This document shows, piece after piece, positions 62,290-64,000 of a stretch of 64,000 nt of DNA. Numbering within the stretch: the first letter of the stretch is position 1; every line of letters starts with the position of its first letter. This stretch comes from Mobula hypostoma (Eukaryota). The notes beneath the pieces were generated by a model. The model did no database searches and was not told the DNA's origin. It saw nothing but the letters and a program-made list of their open reading frames with translations. The stretch lies in the NCBI RefSeq assembly GCF_963921235.1, contig NC_086097.1, forward strand, positions 236,904,001 through 236,968,000, read 5' to 3'. Position numbers and translations under genes: made by a program.

Positions 62290-63227
62290 CTGACTTTTCC
62301 CCTTCCCCCTCCTAACCGTGACCCACTTGTCTGCCTCCCGTGGTCCCCGGTGTGACCACCTGCCTGTAACTCCTCTCTATCAACTCCTCACTCTTCCTGA
62401 CCAGACGAAGGTCATCGAGCTGCAGCTCCAGTTCCGTAACGCGGTCCCTTAGGAGCTGCATCTTGATGCACTTGGCGCAGATGTAGTTCTTCCTGAATTT
62501 TGAGTGTGTTGTGAAGAAGTGGAGGGTTTCCTAGTGAAGTTTGAAGATATTACTCCCTTCAGCCCTTTGGCACTTGGGGTCATAATCTTCTAGGCCTGGA
62601 GAGCAAAGTGTGCATTTTGTAGTTAGCAAAATATTGCATCTACGACGAGATAATATATTCTCCCGTTGTAGATGCAGCATGAAAATAATTGTTTGTTGAA
62701 TGTTTGTTTAACTGGATCCCAATAACAGGAAAGGGGGTTCTCATCAATTCAGAGGGACGGTAGAACGTTGAAATCCTCACCAGTAACACATACACAGCAG
62801 AATTTATTCAGTATTCATAGATAAAATGTGGTAACTTAACTGCCACCTAGAGAAAAAAAACATTTGTTCATTTCTGAATTTATGGCACAAGTAAATGGAT
62901 TATTGAGAGGGTAACCTTGGAATGGTGCAACGTTATAAAACCAGCTGCCTAATGAAGTGATAAGATTTGAGATTAATCCGTCCCATGGTATGATCTTCTA
63001 TTGTGGTAAATCATTGAACCGTGATAAGAATTGAATTGAATTGAGAATGAACACAAACTGCTGCAGAGGGTAGCTCTTTATTTTCTTCTTTCACTCACTG
63101 GCAGCAAAACATATCAACACCGAAACTGTTGTCTGCAAATCATATTTAGACTCTTAACTTCTCCCAAAACACCTGATTTATAATCAGAAGTAAGGGAGAT
63201 TTGTGATCTTTATATTTTCCAAATCAT

Positions 63228-63402
63228 AAAACATCAAACATAGACGACTACAGCGCACGATGTTTTGTCAACTTTTTAATGTGCTCTAGAATCAGTCTGA
63301 CCCTGCCCTCTCTCAAAGCCCTTCATTTTTCTATCATCCATGTGCCTTTCTAAGAACTTCTTAAATACGCTTTATTTTTCTGCCTCTACCACCATTCCCA
63401 GC
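63228..63402 (-). mobile_element. Old CR1 3' tail next to a CSMD3 donor site
   Basis: aacatagacgactacagc...catccatgtgcctttctaag...gcctctaccacc. Confidence 0.6.
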
Positions 63403-63420
63403 TAAATCATGTTGTCTTAC

Positions 63421-63508
63421 CCAGCCGCTGGACTCCAAATTGTCCATAATCTTCACCTTGTATAAATCCTTGAAAGACATATGTGGCACCATCAGGTTCA
63501 GCAGATAC
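63421..63508 (-). CDS. CSMD3: CSMD3 internal coding exon (juxtamembrane ectodomain)
   Basis: Manual translation gives VSAEPDGATYVFQGFIQGEDYGQFGVQRL(G). Acceptor ttttctaattAG (63510-63509), donor GTaag (63420-63419). 88 bp ending in phase 1, which joins the next exon in frame. Matches my recall of vertebrate CSMD3. Confidence 0.96.
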
Positions 63509-64000
63509 CTAATTAGAAAATAAATGGAAACATTTATCACTAATTATGATTAAGAGTGGTGATGAAGGACTTCTAAATTTTCAACTACAGCAGAGAAAAA
63601 CTGAGGAAAATGTATCCAGATGAATTATCTCATCTTTTGCTGTAGTTCTTTTTTCGTTATTATTTAACGGCCACATGCTGAATGATTTACAAAAATAGGT
63701 GTATGCCAGTGCTAATGGACCATAAAACTTCCTCCCACTTGAGGTGCAGAATTATAAGTTTTACATTCTCCAGACACTGTTATAAACCAATAGAAATAAA
63801 TCAAAGCCTTTCTTGGCTCCTGCATTAATAATGTGAATTCATTCTGATGTATTGACACTGAAGATCGTAATGTGTGTACCATTTCAAAATTACAGAATGA
63901 AATAATCCAAGTGGGCTTAATATTCTTGGTTACTTCTTATGACCTGCTGAAACTGGTAGAGATATTTTATGGCTTAGTGTTGATTGTCCCTGAAAAATAC

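Larger units (their letters stand above)
58495..62485 (-). mobile_element. Nearly full-length young CR1 LINE (ORF1 + ORF2)
   Basis: ORF1 has CAKC plus a coiled coil near 62480 and an SGNH esterase ORF at 61624-62289 (GDSIVRG, HIGTND, DELHFN). ORF2 61618-58586 stays in one frame with three stops (60821, 60620, 60527). catagaaa tail. Confidence 0.97.

Noticed and set aside
1..64000. CRISPR arrays, retrons or other prokaryotic RT systems
   Set aside because: The DNA is vertebrate. All RTs are CR1, Rex1 or Gypsy type, and no repeat-spacer array is present.

Overview
Vertebrate genomic DNA, most likely a cartilaginous fish such as a ray (inferred from the repeat complement: esterase-ORF1 CR1 LINEs, V-SINE/HE1-like SINEs, Rex1, Penelope-like elements). 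The only host gene is the 3' end of CSMD3 on the minus strand. It has three coding exons (63421-63508, 47559-47694, 45991-46150), none of which appear in the ORF track, and a ~2 kb repeat-free 3'UTR with AATAAA at 43995-44000. Everything else is a mosaic of transposable elements: many CR1 copies (three young, near-identical ones, one nearly full length), four Gypsy LTR proviruses, Rex1 fragments, a Charlie/hAT MITE, a Tc1-like MITE and tRNA-derived SINEs. The most notable non-obvious system is a dozen or more Penelope-like (GIY-YIG) derivatives carrying a minimal type-I hammerhead ribozyme motif. These share a fixed 3' end, have 10-14 bp TSDs and repeatedly form inverted (fold-back) insertions. 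Repeat family names are from recognition by eye; boundaries without a TSD, TIR or splice site are approximate.
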